A DNA stretch of 64,000 bases from Chiloscyllium plagiosum (Eukaryota), in NCBI RefSeq assembly GCF_004010195.1, contig NC_057718.1:93039569-93103568 (forward strand), in the 5' to 3' direction. Shown here piece after piece: positions 37,420-49,699 of this stretch. The notes under the pieces are model-generated. The model was not told the DNA's origin, made no database searches, and saw only the letters and a list, made by a program, of their open reading frames with translations. Both the position numbers and the translations under genes were made by a program. Numbering within the stretch: position 1 is the first letter of the stretch; each line of letters begins with the position of its first letter.

Positions 37420-37779
37420 TAATAATTTAGAGTCATGCATATGGTTTCCAGTCAAAAACTTTATGACCAGTAGTGTAGGTGACCACTCAACAGGGGCTAA
37501 CAGTGAACCATCCATCATATCAGCTCAGGCAATCTATAACCGTTGATGGAACATGTGAAAAATTTTCTAAAACATTGTTCTCTTATAAAACATAAATGTT
37601 ATTCATATTGTGCCCCATCTCCTGGCTTGCATTGTGATAAATTTGAACAGCAATTCAAGGTGATGGTGTTTTGGAAGGATCCTACATGTAGGAATACTAT
37701 TTAAAGGGCTCACCTCATCCATGCACATTAGTTACTTGTTCATGCAAAGGCTGTGAGTTAGCTTTGGGTCAATTTACGT

Positions 37780-38250
37780 GGCTTGTTTCTACATTCCAAT
37801 TTCTTTTCCAAAATTATTGTGGAATCTGCTTCCACCATCCTTTCTGGCAATGCATTCCACATCATGACAATTCAATGCAGAAAATATTTTGTTTTGTCTT
37901 AAGTTACAACTGGCCTTCTAAAATCCTTCATGATTTTAAACATTTTGATCAAATTTTCTCTTTATGTTCTTTGGTCTGAAGACAATGACCCTAGTGTCTC
38001 CAAACTCTACATGTAGCTGAACGACTTTGTCCTTGGTACCACTTTATGAAATCAACACCTGCTGATCCTCATATCCTTTCTAAAGTATGGCGCCTAGAAT
38101 GGGGCACAATATTCAGCTGGGGCCTAACCAATGGATTATAAAGATTTCGCATAAATTCCTAGCTTTGGTACTCTCTGACCTTAATCATGCTACCAAGGAT
38201 TCCACATGCCTTTTAACAGAATTCTAAATTTGTCCTGGTACCTTTAAAGA
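37780..38250 (-). mobile_element. Old CR1 fragment
   Basis: GCACAATATTCAGCTGGGGCCTAACCAATG; CTTTCTGGCAATGCATTCCAC. Confidence 0.7.
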
Positions 38251-38546
38251 TTATTCTGCTGAAAGATTTTGCCTTTAAAGGGGTTTAAAAGCAGAAAAGG
38301 GTGTGCAGACTTTGGGCATAATGAAGTGAGAATAGCTCTGATGTATCTCGTGGCTCAGGAAGTAAATGGAGGGCCTAGGTGACTTACAGACAATATGAGA
38401 GGATGAGATTGGAACAGATTTTGCTTTTAGAGTTAAACTCCCTCTCCAATTCTATTTTTACTATTTCTGTTCCATGGATTCATGCCATGTGTTATGTTCC
38501 AAATGCAGCTGATATATTTTTCGGCCATTGGTATTTAGCAACTTAC

Positions 38547-38634
38547 TCTGAGGAAGTGTGCAAAGTGTACTTGTTTTTTGATTTTCTGTATTTTCATGTG
38601 GGAGCTCTCCCTTTGCTGACCCATTGAAAATTTC
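38547..38634 (-). CDS. Candidate exon, 88 nt (EIFNGSAKGELPHENTENQKTSTLCTLPQ)
   Basis: ATACACAG acceptor (weak tract), AGA|GTAAGT donor, open frame in non-repetitive DNA. Confidence 0.2.
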
Positions 38635-39179
38635 CTGTGTATGCATAAAATCCATCATTTAGCATTACAATATGTAGACTTTATTAGTGATAACATCACA
38701 TCCAGTATTATTTCAGAAATATGATCACGGCCAACTGTGATATTAGCTATCAAATCTACATTACCTATCATAACCTTGTGTGTATTTTTTCTGCATGTCG
38801 ATTAATAAAAGGAGACAGTCATGACATACACAGGCACTAGTAGTGACTATTTGCTAAAAGCTCATTCATCAGACTCTTGGGTTAAAAAGGTTTTGCTTTA
38901 ATTTAAAATGCTTGACCAAAGATTCACCTGAGTTATTCTGCAGGTGCTAATAGCATTTATAAAAGGCAAGGAAAACATTCTGGATGAGCAGGGCCTTTTC
39001 ACTATCTTCGTTGGACGTTAGTAAATTCTAGCACTCTCTCATTTATCAACTCATAATGTGTTTGTCAAGCTGCCGAGGCTGGGGACTAAGGTTTCATTGT
39101 GGAGACATCCATCGTCTGCAGAGTTTAGCATTCCACTAATGCATTACCTCTTCCTTAACGTTGACATGATGTGACTCAC

Positions 39180-39191
39180 CAGAGAGAACTC
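39180..39191 (-). CDS. Candidate 12-nt microexon GAGTTCTCTCTG (or a 44-nt exon ending at 39148)
   Basis: TTGACGATTTTTTTTCAG acceptor, CTG|GTGAGT donor, frame-preserving. Confidence 0.25.
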
Positions 39192-39899
39192 CTGAAAAAA
39201 AATCGTCAAAACCATCTGAATTGTAACAGAAATATTCTAGTTGATGGATGGAGTATTTATTAAGATTGTAAAAAGCAGTGCAAGGTAAGAGAACACTTTG
39301 AGTCCCTAACATGGCTTTGAAAAATCTAAGCAAAGTGCATTGTGAATTTCAGTTTAATGTGAAATAATGCAGCACAGAATTCAAAGGAAACTTTCCACAG
39401 CTGTGATTTCTTCAAAAAGACTTTTCTGTTTGAACATTTATATCGTTTTTTGGGAAATATTAGATTTTAAAGAATATTTGCTTCAAACATAAATATTACC
39501 TTTACATTTTTCCTAGGCAAATATTATAGTTTATATATTATATTCCCTAGGCAAATGCCCACATTTTAAAATGTAGTTTGCATTCTAAAACCCTCATTTC
39601 CAAACGATTTCGGAGTGTCAAGTCACTATCAATTAATGCAGCAATTCTTTCTTCATCTAACATTGAAGTTAGAACAACAATCTCATCTAAGATTTTGGAT
39701 CCGATTAGACTCAAAGTCCAATAACTCCAAGTGCTGAACGTTTGATCACTTTGCTCACAAAAGATCACCATTTGCAATCAGAGGGACCAACTTGTATCAT
39801 GAACTTTCATAGCCAACTATTTTCAGAATCAATTGAACCAAATCTCAGATAAACAACCTTTGGGCGCCAATTACTGAAAAATTCAAACTCTCCAGGTAC

Positions 39900-40372
39900 C
39901 ATAAAGTCATAGAGATGTACAGCACAGAAACAGACCCTTCAGTCCAACTTGTCCATGCTGACCAGATATCTTAAATAAATCTAGTTGCATTTGCCAGTAT
40001 TTTTGCCGGTATCCCTCTAAACCCTTTGTATTCATGTACCCATCCAAATCCCTTTCAAATGTTGTAATTTTACTGGCCTCCACCACTTCTTCTGATAGCT
40101 CATTCCTACATGCACCACCCTCTGCATGAAAAAGTTGCCCCTTAGGTCCCTTTTAAATCTTTTCCCTCTCACCCTAAACCTATGCCCTCTAGTTTTGCAC
40201 ATCCTGACCCCAGGGAAAAGACTATTCTATTTACCCTATCCATGCCCCTCATGATTTTATAAACCTCTACAAGGTCATCTTTCAACCTCCGATACTCCAG
40301 GGAAAATAGTCCCAGCCTGTTCAGCCTCTCCCTGTAGCTCAAACCCTCCAGCTCTGGCAACATCCTTGTAAA
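39900..40372 (-). mobile_element. CR1 3' fragment
   Basis: FTRMLPELEGLSYRERLNRLGLFSLE. Confidence 0.92.
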
Positions 40373-40729
40373 AATCATCCTATAGTATTTCGATAACCTT
40401 TTATTATCTCGCTACTCCAATGAATCGAAAGCCTTTAATGAGATTCTGCTCTGATGAGAGGATTTACCCTTATGTCTGGTAAACTGTGCTCGTCGATAAA
40501 TAATTTCAGAATACCGGGATACTGATTCTTTCTGGAGGTTGTACAGTATTACACACGTAGTGGATTATCAGGGACTGTTTTTTATCTTCATCATTGATGA
40601 GCTGGATGCCTGCAAGTGTAGAAATATTCTTTTTATTTTGCCAGTTAAGTGGTCAAGCCCCATGTGCAAGATAATCTTCAACTGAATTGCTGCAGGTAGA
40701 TAGAAATAATTGACAAATGAATGATTCGC

Positions 40730-41670
40730 GATCCTGATCTTCAACACCAGTGCCCCAAAGGGTGTATGCTCAGGTCCTTACTATTCTCTTTATACACTCA
40801 TGATTGTGTGGCCATATTCAGTCGAACTCAACTTACAAATTTGCTGATGACGCCACCATAGTGGGTCGAAACTCAAACAAGGACTAAACAGTGTACATGA
40901 AAAAGATCGAGAGCTTAACGGCATGGTGTACAGACAACAATATTTCCCTCAATGTCAGCAAAATGGAGGATCTGGTCATCCTCAGGTAGCAGAGTGGAGG
41001 ACATTCCTATGTCAATATCAATGGTGCTAAGGTGGGAATGGTCGTGAGCTTCAGGTTGCTAGGAATAAAAATCACCAACAATCTGACTTGGTTCATCTAC
41101 ATCGAATGCTCCAGTCAAGAAAGCACACCAATGCCTCTACTTCCTCAGAAGGCTAAGGAAATTCAACATGTCCGCAATGACTCTTCCCAATTTTTAGAGA
41201 TGCACCATAGAAAGCATCCTATCCAGATACATTACAGCTTGACAGGGCAACTGCTCTGCTCAAAACCGCAAGAAATTACAGACCGATGTGAACATAGCCC
41301 AGTCCATCCTGAAAACCAGCCTTCCCTCCATTTACACTTCCCGCTGCCTCGGGAAAGTGGGCATCAAAGACCCCTCCCACCCCAGTTATACTCTCATCCA
41401 CCCTCTCCCATTGGAGTGAAGATACAAAAGTTTGAAATCACGTACCAACAGATTTAAGAACAGCTTTTTACCCACTGTTATCAGATTTATGAATGGACCT
41501 TGCATATATTACAGTTGCCTTCCTCTGCACCTTCTCTGTAACACTATATTCTACGCTCTGTTCAATTACTCTTATGTAATTATATAAGTACAATTTGTCT
41601 GGTTATTATGCAAAATAATACTTTTCAATGTATCTCGATACATGTGACAATCATATATCAAATCAAAAAT
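40730..41670 (+). mobile_element. Rex1/Babar-clade LINE, 3' part
   Basis: LLFSLYTHDCVA, YKFADDATIVG, LTAWCTDNNISLNVSK, SFRLLGIKITNNLTW; tail CATGTGACAAT..ATCAAATCAAA. Confidence 0.85.
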
Positions 41671-42942
41671 ATCAAAATAATATTCACCAGTTATGTATCT
41701 GTTGAATGAGTGTTAACTTTTCATTTGAAAACGTTCAGTTTCATAGTTTGGTGAGATCTGTTATGACAAATCAGGTGTAATAGTGATCGTGGATCTGGCA
41801 AATGTACAGTCCTCAAGAAAACTTGGTGAACTCTTTCACCACAAGTATCAATCATGTGGTCCTTTGGTCAGATCTGTTCAACCTAGTTACATTCAGGTTC
41901 ATTCAGATGCTCTGGCACTTAACAATATGAACAAGTTAAATTAATGTAACATAGAAAAACCTCCCAGTGTGCTCATACAAGCACTATGAAACAATAGAAT
42001 TGTTAACACAAGAACAAATAGATTTTATCATCTGTGTATAAAGAGTGGTTTCTGTTACTCGACGGTTTGAACAAAATGCACGAGACTATCTGTCAATAGA
42101 AAGGATGAGAGGAGGTCTAATAGAGGTGTATGATATTATAGGGGGGGAAGTTAGGGTCGATAGGAATGCACCTTTCCCATTAATGCAGATGTCAATAACC
42201 GGGGCAAATGGTTAGTTTTTGATGAAGGTGGTAAGTTCGAAAGTGTAAAAAGAGGAAGAGAACCTGAGACATTTGGGGAGGGAATTCTAAAGCTTACGGT
42301 CTTTGTGTCGAGAGGAATGTCTGTAAAAAATGGGGAAATTTGAAATGGAGATGCTCAAGAGGCTAGGATTAGATGAGTGCAAACATCTCGGAACCTTGTG
42401 GGGCTGGAGGAGATTACAAAGATAAAGAGGGACTCGGTCAAGCAAGCACTTAGAAACAAGATGGGAATTTTAAAATTCAGTTAAGTTTTAAAATAAAAGT
42501 TTTAAAATTAAAGTGTTGCCTGACTGGAAACCGATGTAAATGACAAACTCAGGGACAATGGGGTATGATGCAAGTAAGGATACAAGAATTTTGGAAGACT
42601 ATTATGTCGGGTGCAATATGTTTGGATACTGAAATAGTCTCGTTGAGGGATAATGTACAAAATAGTTAAAGCATACACACATGCAAAAGAGGGCATTGAG
42701 ATCAGATATCTGACATTGGTATCTATTTTTCACATTTGACTTACTGATCAAAATTCAGAATTCCACAGAATTCCCAATTAGTTACACATGGCAAAATAAT
42801 GACACATTACTAAAGCTCTCATTCCAGTTTGTGGGAATCGAGTGAGGATATTTTTGGGATTGCTTATTCCCTTTTTACAGGTGACAGAAGTTACTGAAAC
42901 ACCAAGACTCTGAAAAAACTGATCAGCAAGGGGAGAATTATT

Positions 42943-43260
42943 CATAGAATCCCTACAGTGTAGAAGCAGGCCATTCAGCCCATTGGGTCTAAAGAGCATC
43001 CCGTCCAGACCCACACCATCCCTATAGCCCTGTATTTTCCTATGGCTAATCTACCTTGCCTACGCATCCCTGCACATAATGGGCAATTTAGTATGACCGA
43101 TTCGCCTAAGCTGCACATCTTTGGACTGTGGGAGGAAACCCACGCAGACATGGGGAGAACGTGCAAACTCCACACAGTCTGTCTCCTGAGGCTGGAATCA
43201 AACCTGGGTCTCTGGTGTTGTGAGGCAGCAGTGCTCACCACTGAGCCACCGTCCTGCCCC
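42943..43260 (-). mobile_element. HE1 SINE
   Basis: GGGCAATTTAGTATG..GGAAACCCACGCAGAC..GTGAGGCAGCAGTGCT. Confidence 0.92.
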
Positions 43261-43269
43261 ATGGTGGCT

Positions 43270-44420
43270 TGCACTTGAATGTTTACCTGCTATCAAGGAG
43301 AGATCTCTGGACTATTGCTATCTTTTGGAGCCCCTGTGGTTACACTGGAATTGCTAATCAGGATTGAGTGTTTTGGCATATTTCCCAAACCATTGCTGCT
43401 TTGGCTAGATGGATGAGTTACTTTGTCTACCAATATGTATCATATAGCGCTAACCATGAATGAAATTGGAGCTGTTTGTGATTATAAGATAATAGAATCC
43501 CTACTGTGTGGAAGTTGGCCATTTGGCCCATTTTTGTCCATACCGACCGTCTGAAGAGGATCCCAGCCAGACCCACCCTATCCATGTAACCCTGCATTTC
43601 CCAGTGGCCAATCCACCTAACCTTCATATCTTTGGACTGTGGGAGGAAATCTGAAAATGCAGAGGAAACCCCTGCAGACATGTGGAGAATGTACAAACTC
43701 CACACAGTCACCTGAGGCTAGAACTGAACCTTGGTCTCTGGCACTACGAGGCAGCAATACTAACCACTGAGTCACCGTGCTGACCCCATACGATATCTAT
43801 GTTCGAACTGTAACTACACTGTAGGATGATTTGAAGGCCTAAAAAGTTGCAATGCTTTTTCTTAACTCCTTTACATCCTCAGAGTTCCAGGAACCTCTTG
43901 ACCTTCTGATTACCTCTCCCGAACAAAGCTAGTTCAGATTATCAGCAAGTTTACACATAGTAAATGGCTAAGTGGTAGCCAGTTACCATAACATCACTCC
44001 AGGTAGGTTTGCCAATTTCCTGTCTCCTACCGGGCCCCCGTCAAACTGTCTCAACCATCATCCTCATAAAGTTTGTTTGAGAGCATAACAGTGTTTGACG
44101 ACTGGCTGTTTAACAGGCAATATTCTGTCTGTCTGCCTGGTTTGTGGGAATCGAGTGAAGATATTTTTGGGATTGCTTTTTCCTTTTTTACAGGTGACAG
44201 AAGCTACTGTCTAAAGTCCTGACTAATGTCTCTCGTGCCAAGTGCCCCGAATCCTAGCCAAGAACAGTACAACCAAGCACATGGGCCTGCCTCTTCAGTT
44301 ACAAAGCGTACTTTTGTGGTCTTAAAGAAATGTTATTCGATTAGCCCTGTAGAATGTCTGCCATATCGTGTTGTAGGTTACGTTTCTTCAGAGCACTGCA
44401 CTTAAAGCTACAATTTTGAT
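43270..44420 (+). pseudogene. Intron-containing PIF/Harbinger (HARBI1-like) transposase fossil
   Basis: After acceptor TTTTTACAG (~44193): GDRSYCLKS*LMSLVPSAPNPSQEQYNQAHGPASSVTKRTFVVLKK..SP..VCHIVL, matching the Harbinger GD.GY.L..WLMTP...E.RYN.AH...R.VIER.F.LK motif; donor CAG|GTAGGT at ~44002; weaker FPGxxD and GxFP remnants upstream. Confidence 0.7.
43491..43787 (-). mobile_element. HE1 SINE, diverged
   Basis: TAGAATCCCTACTGTGTGG..CTTTGGACTGTGGGAGGAAA..CTAACCACTGAG. Confidence 0.9.
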
Positions 44421-44704
44421 ACACTGACCACAACAGGACAGTCACAAAGTGGTTTCGAGAAGGATTTCGCTGTGATAAAGCACGATTCACACTAAGCTTG
44501 TGACCGTATTAACATTTATGAAGATTGCATTCATAAACACTTCATGTAATTTCATGTGCGCAGACTAATCATTTCCTCGGCTGGTTCATGTAAACAGCAA
44601 GGTACGTACCACATTATTTTGATTTAATTTTGCAATTGGATTGCCTGCTTTGGCCATATCCAGGTTTATTTCCTTTGTTCCTGCAACTGTCAAAGGCATG
44701 TGCT

Positions 44705-45540
44705 GGACTGAACTGAGTTAGTTTTATTGTTGCATGTGCTCAAGCGATTTAAGTGAAAAGTTTGCCGCTTTACAGTGCCACCTTAGGCATAAGTTGCCTA
44801 GGTGCAGAAACTTAAGATCAAATTCTTAGGAAACAAAGAAAAACAAATTGGAAAAGTAAAGAAATGATCAGTCCAGCATTGTAGGCCAGAGGAATAAATT
44901 GGAAAAATAAAGTAAAACGTTCAGAATATCAGGCTTTCGGACCCAGTCCATGCTGGATGGTAGCCTCAAGCCTCAAAAAAGCGTGACGCTGAAAAAGCAC
45001 AGCTGGTTAGGCAGCGTCCGAGGAGCAGGAGAGTCGACATTTCGGGCATGAGCTCTTCATTATTCGCCTTTCCTGCTCCTCGGATGCTGCCTGACCCACT
45101 GCGCTTTTCCAGCGCCAGATTTTTCGACTCTGATCTGCAGCATCTGCAGTCCTTACTTTCTGCTCCTTCAGGGGAGACCTCCTCGCTGTTGCCTGCACTT
45201 TACCAACCAACGTAGGAGTCGCCCTACTTTAGACTCCATCCCTTTGGCGCTGGGCCCATTTTGCTGATGCAGACGAACCCTCACTCACCGTCGCAACCAA
45301 GAATCCCTGGCTGTGCTGCCAGGCCAGGCTGCCGCTGGGCCATGAGTCCCACTTCAGCTGCAGATGTCGTCTTGCTGGTGCCACCATTTGAAGAGTCCCC
45401 TTCCACAGGGTCTGCAGTCCCGGGTTGCTGGAGGAACTTTGCTGCTGTCCTTGTACTACACCATTGAAGTCACCGAGGTGCAGTGTCAATAAATTCCAAA
45501 CACGATCTTGACAAGGCAAAGAAAGACATGAGAAAAAGAC
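44705..45540 (-). mobile_element. Longer copy of the Rex1/Babar-tailed non-autonomous retroposon, with a GC-rich body
   Basis: TTTATTGTTGCATGTGCTCAAG..AAATTCTTAGGAAA similar to 21480-21600; interrupted at 44975-45166. Confidence 0.5.
44975..45166. mobile_element. Fold-back short Penelope-end insertion
   Basis: GGCAGCGTCCGAGGAGCAGGA / TCCTGCTCCTCGGATGCTGCC arms; partial hammerhead TTTCGGGCATGAGCTCTTCAT. Confidence 0.8.
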
Positions 45541-45607
45541 AGGAATATCAGCTGAGGCTTAAATGTGCAAAGACTACAGAAGCGATGACAGTCCCTCTGG
45601 GTAGGTT

Positions 45608-45737
45608 AGGTGAAAGTGAGCATTGCGGATACTGGAGATTAGAGTCGAGAGTGTAGTGCTGGTAATGTACAGCAGGTCAGGCAGCATCTGAGGAGCAGGA
45701 GAATCGGCGTTTCGGGCAAAGGCCTTTCATCAGGAAA
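45608..45737 (-). mobile_element. Short Penelope 3'-end insertion with hammerhead remnant
   Basis: GTTTCGGGCAAAGGCCTTTCATCAG; 13-bp TSD CTCTRGGTAGGTT at 45595-45607 and 45738-45750. Confidence 0.85.
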
Positions 45738-45806
45738 CTCTAGGTAGGTTGTCACAGCGAGGTCCCAAAATTCTTTGACCTTGAGTTGGCAGAGGATGCT
45801 GTCTGG

Positions 45807-46081
45807 ACTAGTGGTGCTGGAAGAGTACAGCAGTTCAGGCAGCATCCGAGGAGCAGTAAAATTGACGTTTCGGGCAAAAGCCCTTCATCAGGAATAAAGG
45901 CAGAGAGCCTGAGGCGTGGAGAGATAAGCTAGAGGAGGGTGTGGGTGGGGAGAAAGTAGCATAGAGTATAATTGTACTCCCCACCCCCACCATCCTCTAG
46001 CTTATCTCTCCACGCCTCAGGCTCTCTGCCTTTATTCCTGATGAAGGGCTTTTGCCTGAAACGTCGATTTTCCTGCTCCTC
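45807..46081. mobile_element. Fold-back Penelope 3' UTR insertion with hammerhead cores at 45864-45891 (-) and 46038-46065 (+)
   Basis: Arms nearly identical to 13690-13800; 13-bp flank GGATGCTGYCTGG at 45794-45806 and 46082-46094. Confidence 0.9.
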
Positions 46082-46654
46082 GGATGCTGCCTGGGATGGA
46101 AAACATATTGGCACCCTCACAGGGTGAGTAGAGAAAGAATCATACATCAGATGACAAGCTATTCTTTGAATCCTGCTGAAAATAGGTTAAGTAATGTCTT
46201 CCCGGTATGGGAGCACAATTTAGACTTTGGATAAACCTGGATTTTATTGTGGACTATATTTCTGAAGGAGTTTGGATAATTGGGGAGGAAGTAATTAGTT
46301 GGCTTGACCGTGGAGGAACAAAAGTGCCTTGGGAGAAAATAATGAACTGCATTGTTACCGAGGTATGCCACAAAAGTAACAAGTGGACCATTCATGTGGA
46401 AAGTTATGTTGGCAATCATGGAATAGGCCAGAGTGTTTAAGGTTACAACCAAGTTGAGAGTGTGCAATCGATTCCATAGCTTCAGAAGAACTAGTCCACG
46501 CGGTAAATGAAGATAAACTATTTCCAGCGCTTGGAAATCCTGGAACTTGGGGACATAGCTCCAAACCATTCAGGAGAGGTGTTTTACATGCAAAGAGTGG
46601 TAGAGGTTTGGAACTCTCTTCCACAAATGGCTGTTAGTGCTGGATCAGTTGTTA

Positions 46655-46958
46655 GTTTGATTTGATTACTTACAGTATGGAAACAGGCCCTTCGGCCCAA
46701 CAAATCCACACCGACCCTCCGAAGAGCAAACCACCCAGACCCATTCTCCTACATCTAACTCTGTGGGCAACTTAGCATGGCCAATTCACCTAGCCTGCAC
46801 ATTTTTGGACTGTGGGGGGAAACCGGAGCGCCCAGAGGAAACCCACGCAGACACGGAGAGAATGTGTAAATTCCACACAGACAGTTGCCTGAGGCAGGAA
46901 TTGAACCCGGGTCGCTGGCGCTGTGAGGCAGCAGTGCTAACCACTGTGCCACTGTGCT
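46655..46958 (-). mobile_element. HE1 SINE inside an old CR1 (+, ~46150-47265)
   Basis: Full HE1 motif set; CR1 tail continues at 46960 and 47190-47265. Confidence 0.93.
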
Positions 46959-47019
46959 GAAATGTGAGGTAGTTTTTTTTTAATAAGCAAAGCTATTAAG
47001 AGATTTTGGCCAGGTAGTT

Positions 47020-47187
47020 GGAAAAAAACAAAAAGTGCTGGAAGAACTCAGCAGGTCTCAAAGGAGATCTGAAGATGGGTCACTGGACCTGAAATTCTGA
47101 TTTCTCTCCACAGGTGCTGATAGAACTGCTGAGCTTTTCCAGCAATTTCTGTTTTTTCCAGCATCTGCAATCTTTGGATTTTTTTAT
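47020..47187. mobile_element. Fold-back Penelope-end fragment
   Basis: GCTGGAAGAACTCAGCAG / CTGCTGAGCTTTTCCAGC arms; CTGAAGATGGGTCACTGGACCTGAAA core. Confidence 0.65.
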
Positions 47188-47265
47188 GGGTATAAGGAGT
47201 TAGGCCACAAACCAGTTGTGATCTTATTGAATGGTGGAACAGGCTCAAGGGGCTGAATGGCCTAC

Positions 47266-47630
47266 ACATAGAAACATAGAAAATAGGTGCAGGGATAGGC
47301 TATTTGGTCCTTCGAGCCTGCCCCACCATTCAATGTGATCTTGGATGTTCATGCAATTTCAGTATCCTATTCCTCTTGATCCCTTTAGCTGCAAGGGCCA
47401 TGCCTCTTGAAGATATGTAATGAACTGACCCCAACAGCTTTCTGTGGGAGAGAATTTCACAACTCTCTGAGTGAAAAGAGTCTTCTTCATCTCATCTCTG
47501 AATTTATTCTCAAACTGTGATCCCTGGTTCTGAACTACCCCAATCAGGATATTAGGTGTGTCTGTGAGATCCCCCCCCTCATTCTTCTAAAGTCCAGCGA
47601 GTACAAGCCCAGTTGATTCAGCCTTTCCTG
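47266..47630 (-). mobile_element. CR1 3' fragment
   Basis: Tail ACATAGAAACATAGAAAATAGG; similar to 35680-36000; another tail at 47750-47870. Confidence 0.85.
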
Positions 47631-48946
47631 TTCCTACATTCCCACAACTGGAAGTTAAAAGCAAAATATAACATAAGCTCAGGATGGCTTTTGATAGACC
47701 AAATTGCTAGACCTGATGGGCAATATTTTGAGAGTGACAACAGAAAACAAAACATAGAAACATAGAAAATAGGAGCAGGGGTGGGCCATTTAGCTATTTG
47801 AACCTGCTCGCCCCTTCAAAATGATCAAAGCTGATCATCAACACAGTATCCGTCCCTGCTTTCTCCCCCCATTACAGATGATTAAATCATAGAGTCCACA
47901 ATACAAAGAAGGAGAAGTCAATTATGAAGCATACCAAGAGAGAAAGGACTTTTTTTTTGTACTTGACTGATAAGATTGAATGATCAGGGAACACAGGCAT
48001 GAATTGAACTCGGGGAATACCAGCAGAGATCACAAAAAAAAACTCCTCAAGGCTGATTTAACCAGGTAAATGTTGCCAGGCTACAGCCTGCATGGAATCT
48101 TACTCATAAGGCATGTGGATTAGAGAATTTTTTTATGAAGATCAGAGTGCTAAATTCCTGGCAGACCTGATTTTCCACTGATAAGGATTAACCTATTCTC
48201 ACAGTGATTGACGTGTATGCAAATTAGCTCTAGAGTACCAAATAGCGCAGGAATGATTTGCTGCAGGAGGTTCCTCTGAGACAGAGTGAGGAGAAAATAG
48301 GATTACGATGGGAGGCAAGGAAAGGGTCCAGGAGATTAAATGAAATACAAGACAAGTCAGGGATATGGTTCACTGGTAAATTGTTTCAGATCCTGCAGAA
48401 AACTCCTGTCCAGGATGGCTTGATTCTATTTGGTGAAATAAACAGATGAAGACAGTCGAATGTTATCATCGTTTGCTGGTAAATCAAAAATCAACAAAAA
48501 TGGGATAGCACTCCCTTGCTGGTGCCTTGAAAAGGACTTGGTTTGATCATACTGGCTGGGCAACGTCAGCTTCCTTCTGGAATCCTTTCATCAATTTTTG
48601 CAATCATCAGGTGATGTTTGAAGGGCATTTATTGTGGAGTGAATCAACATGAGCCATGCAATTGATATAAAACCAGAAACGGCTGGAAATACTCAGCAAG
48701 TCTGGCAGCAGTGTCAGAACAGCACTTGATAAGTGTTTTGTGTGAACATTTGCATTCTCTTATACTCTTCTCTCCTTCTTTGGTGCAGTCTGAAGTTACT
48801 TTGTAGCTGCAGTGCTTTCTTTCATGTGAAATGCCGTCCTTTGAAGCCACATCCCTTCGCTATTTAGTGAATACTTTTCATCACCTGGGCAGCATTTAAT
48901 GGTCTATCCAGTGTTGGCATTTAAAACTAGGCAGTGGGATGGGGAA

Positions 48947-49145
48947 CACACACACAGATACACATACAGATAGACAGGCAAACACTCACACACACATATA
49001 CAGATAGACAGGCAGACACACACACACACAGACACATACACACATACATACACAGACAGATAGACAGGCAGACACACACAGAGACACACAGAGAGACAGA
49101 TAGACAGGCAGACACACACAGACAAACAGACACACACACACGCAC
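48947..49145. repeat. Compound (CA)/(GACA)/(GATA) microsatellite
   Basis: Directly visible. Confidence 0.95.
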
Positions 49146-49204
49146 AATATGGCATGGTGTGCTCAGCTTGTGAGAAACCTGCAAAGCAATGAATTTCAGG
49201 GTTG

Positions 49205-49568
49205 AAATAACTCCATGGAGGCCTATATCCCATTACCAAGTCACCCTTTATTTACATATGTGTGGTACATGACATTGATGCAGCTAAGACAGAGCTGGCT
49301 GTTAAAGCGAACAGCATCCCTGACATGGAGACAGTAAGGCCTGCCAATGCTGGAAGCTAAAGTCAATGGATGCGAAGTTGGAACAGCAGACGGCTGAAAC
49401 ATTGACCTTCTGCTCCTTGGATACTGTCTGACCTGCTGTGCTTTTCCAGCTTCACATCTATTGACCCAGAATCCCTGACACTCCTGTTTCTCTCTGTCAG
49501 CCAGGGATCCCTGATTAGACCAGCTTAACAGCCCCAATCAAAGAATTCATATTCTATGAGGTCCACCT
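49205..49568. mobile_element. Probable LTR fragment interrupted by a Penelope-end insertion (49326-49466)
   Basis: 14-bp TSD CAGMATCCCTGACA at 49312-49325 and 49467-49480 around the insert; LTR identity from resemblance only. Confidence 0.5.
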
Positions 49569-49699
49569 GTAGGGGCTGTTTGCAAGCTTCCAACAGTGGG
49601 CTCCACGTCCAAGGGCACTCAGTGCCTGAAAAAGGGGTGGGGAGGGTGAACCTGGCATCAAGAATGGAGACCCCTGAGAAGCACAGATCCTCTTCCTGT

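Noticed and set aside
40645..40695. Plus-strand segment with a good acceptor and CAG|GTAGAT donor
   Set aside because: Stops in all three frames.
48904..49239. Cys/Val- and His/Thr-rich ORFs
   Set aside because: Translations of a microsatellite.
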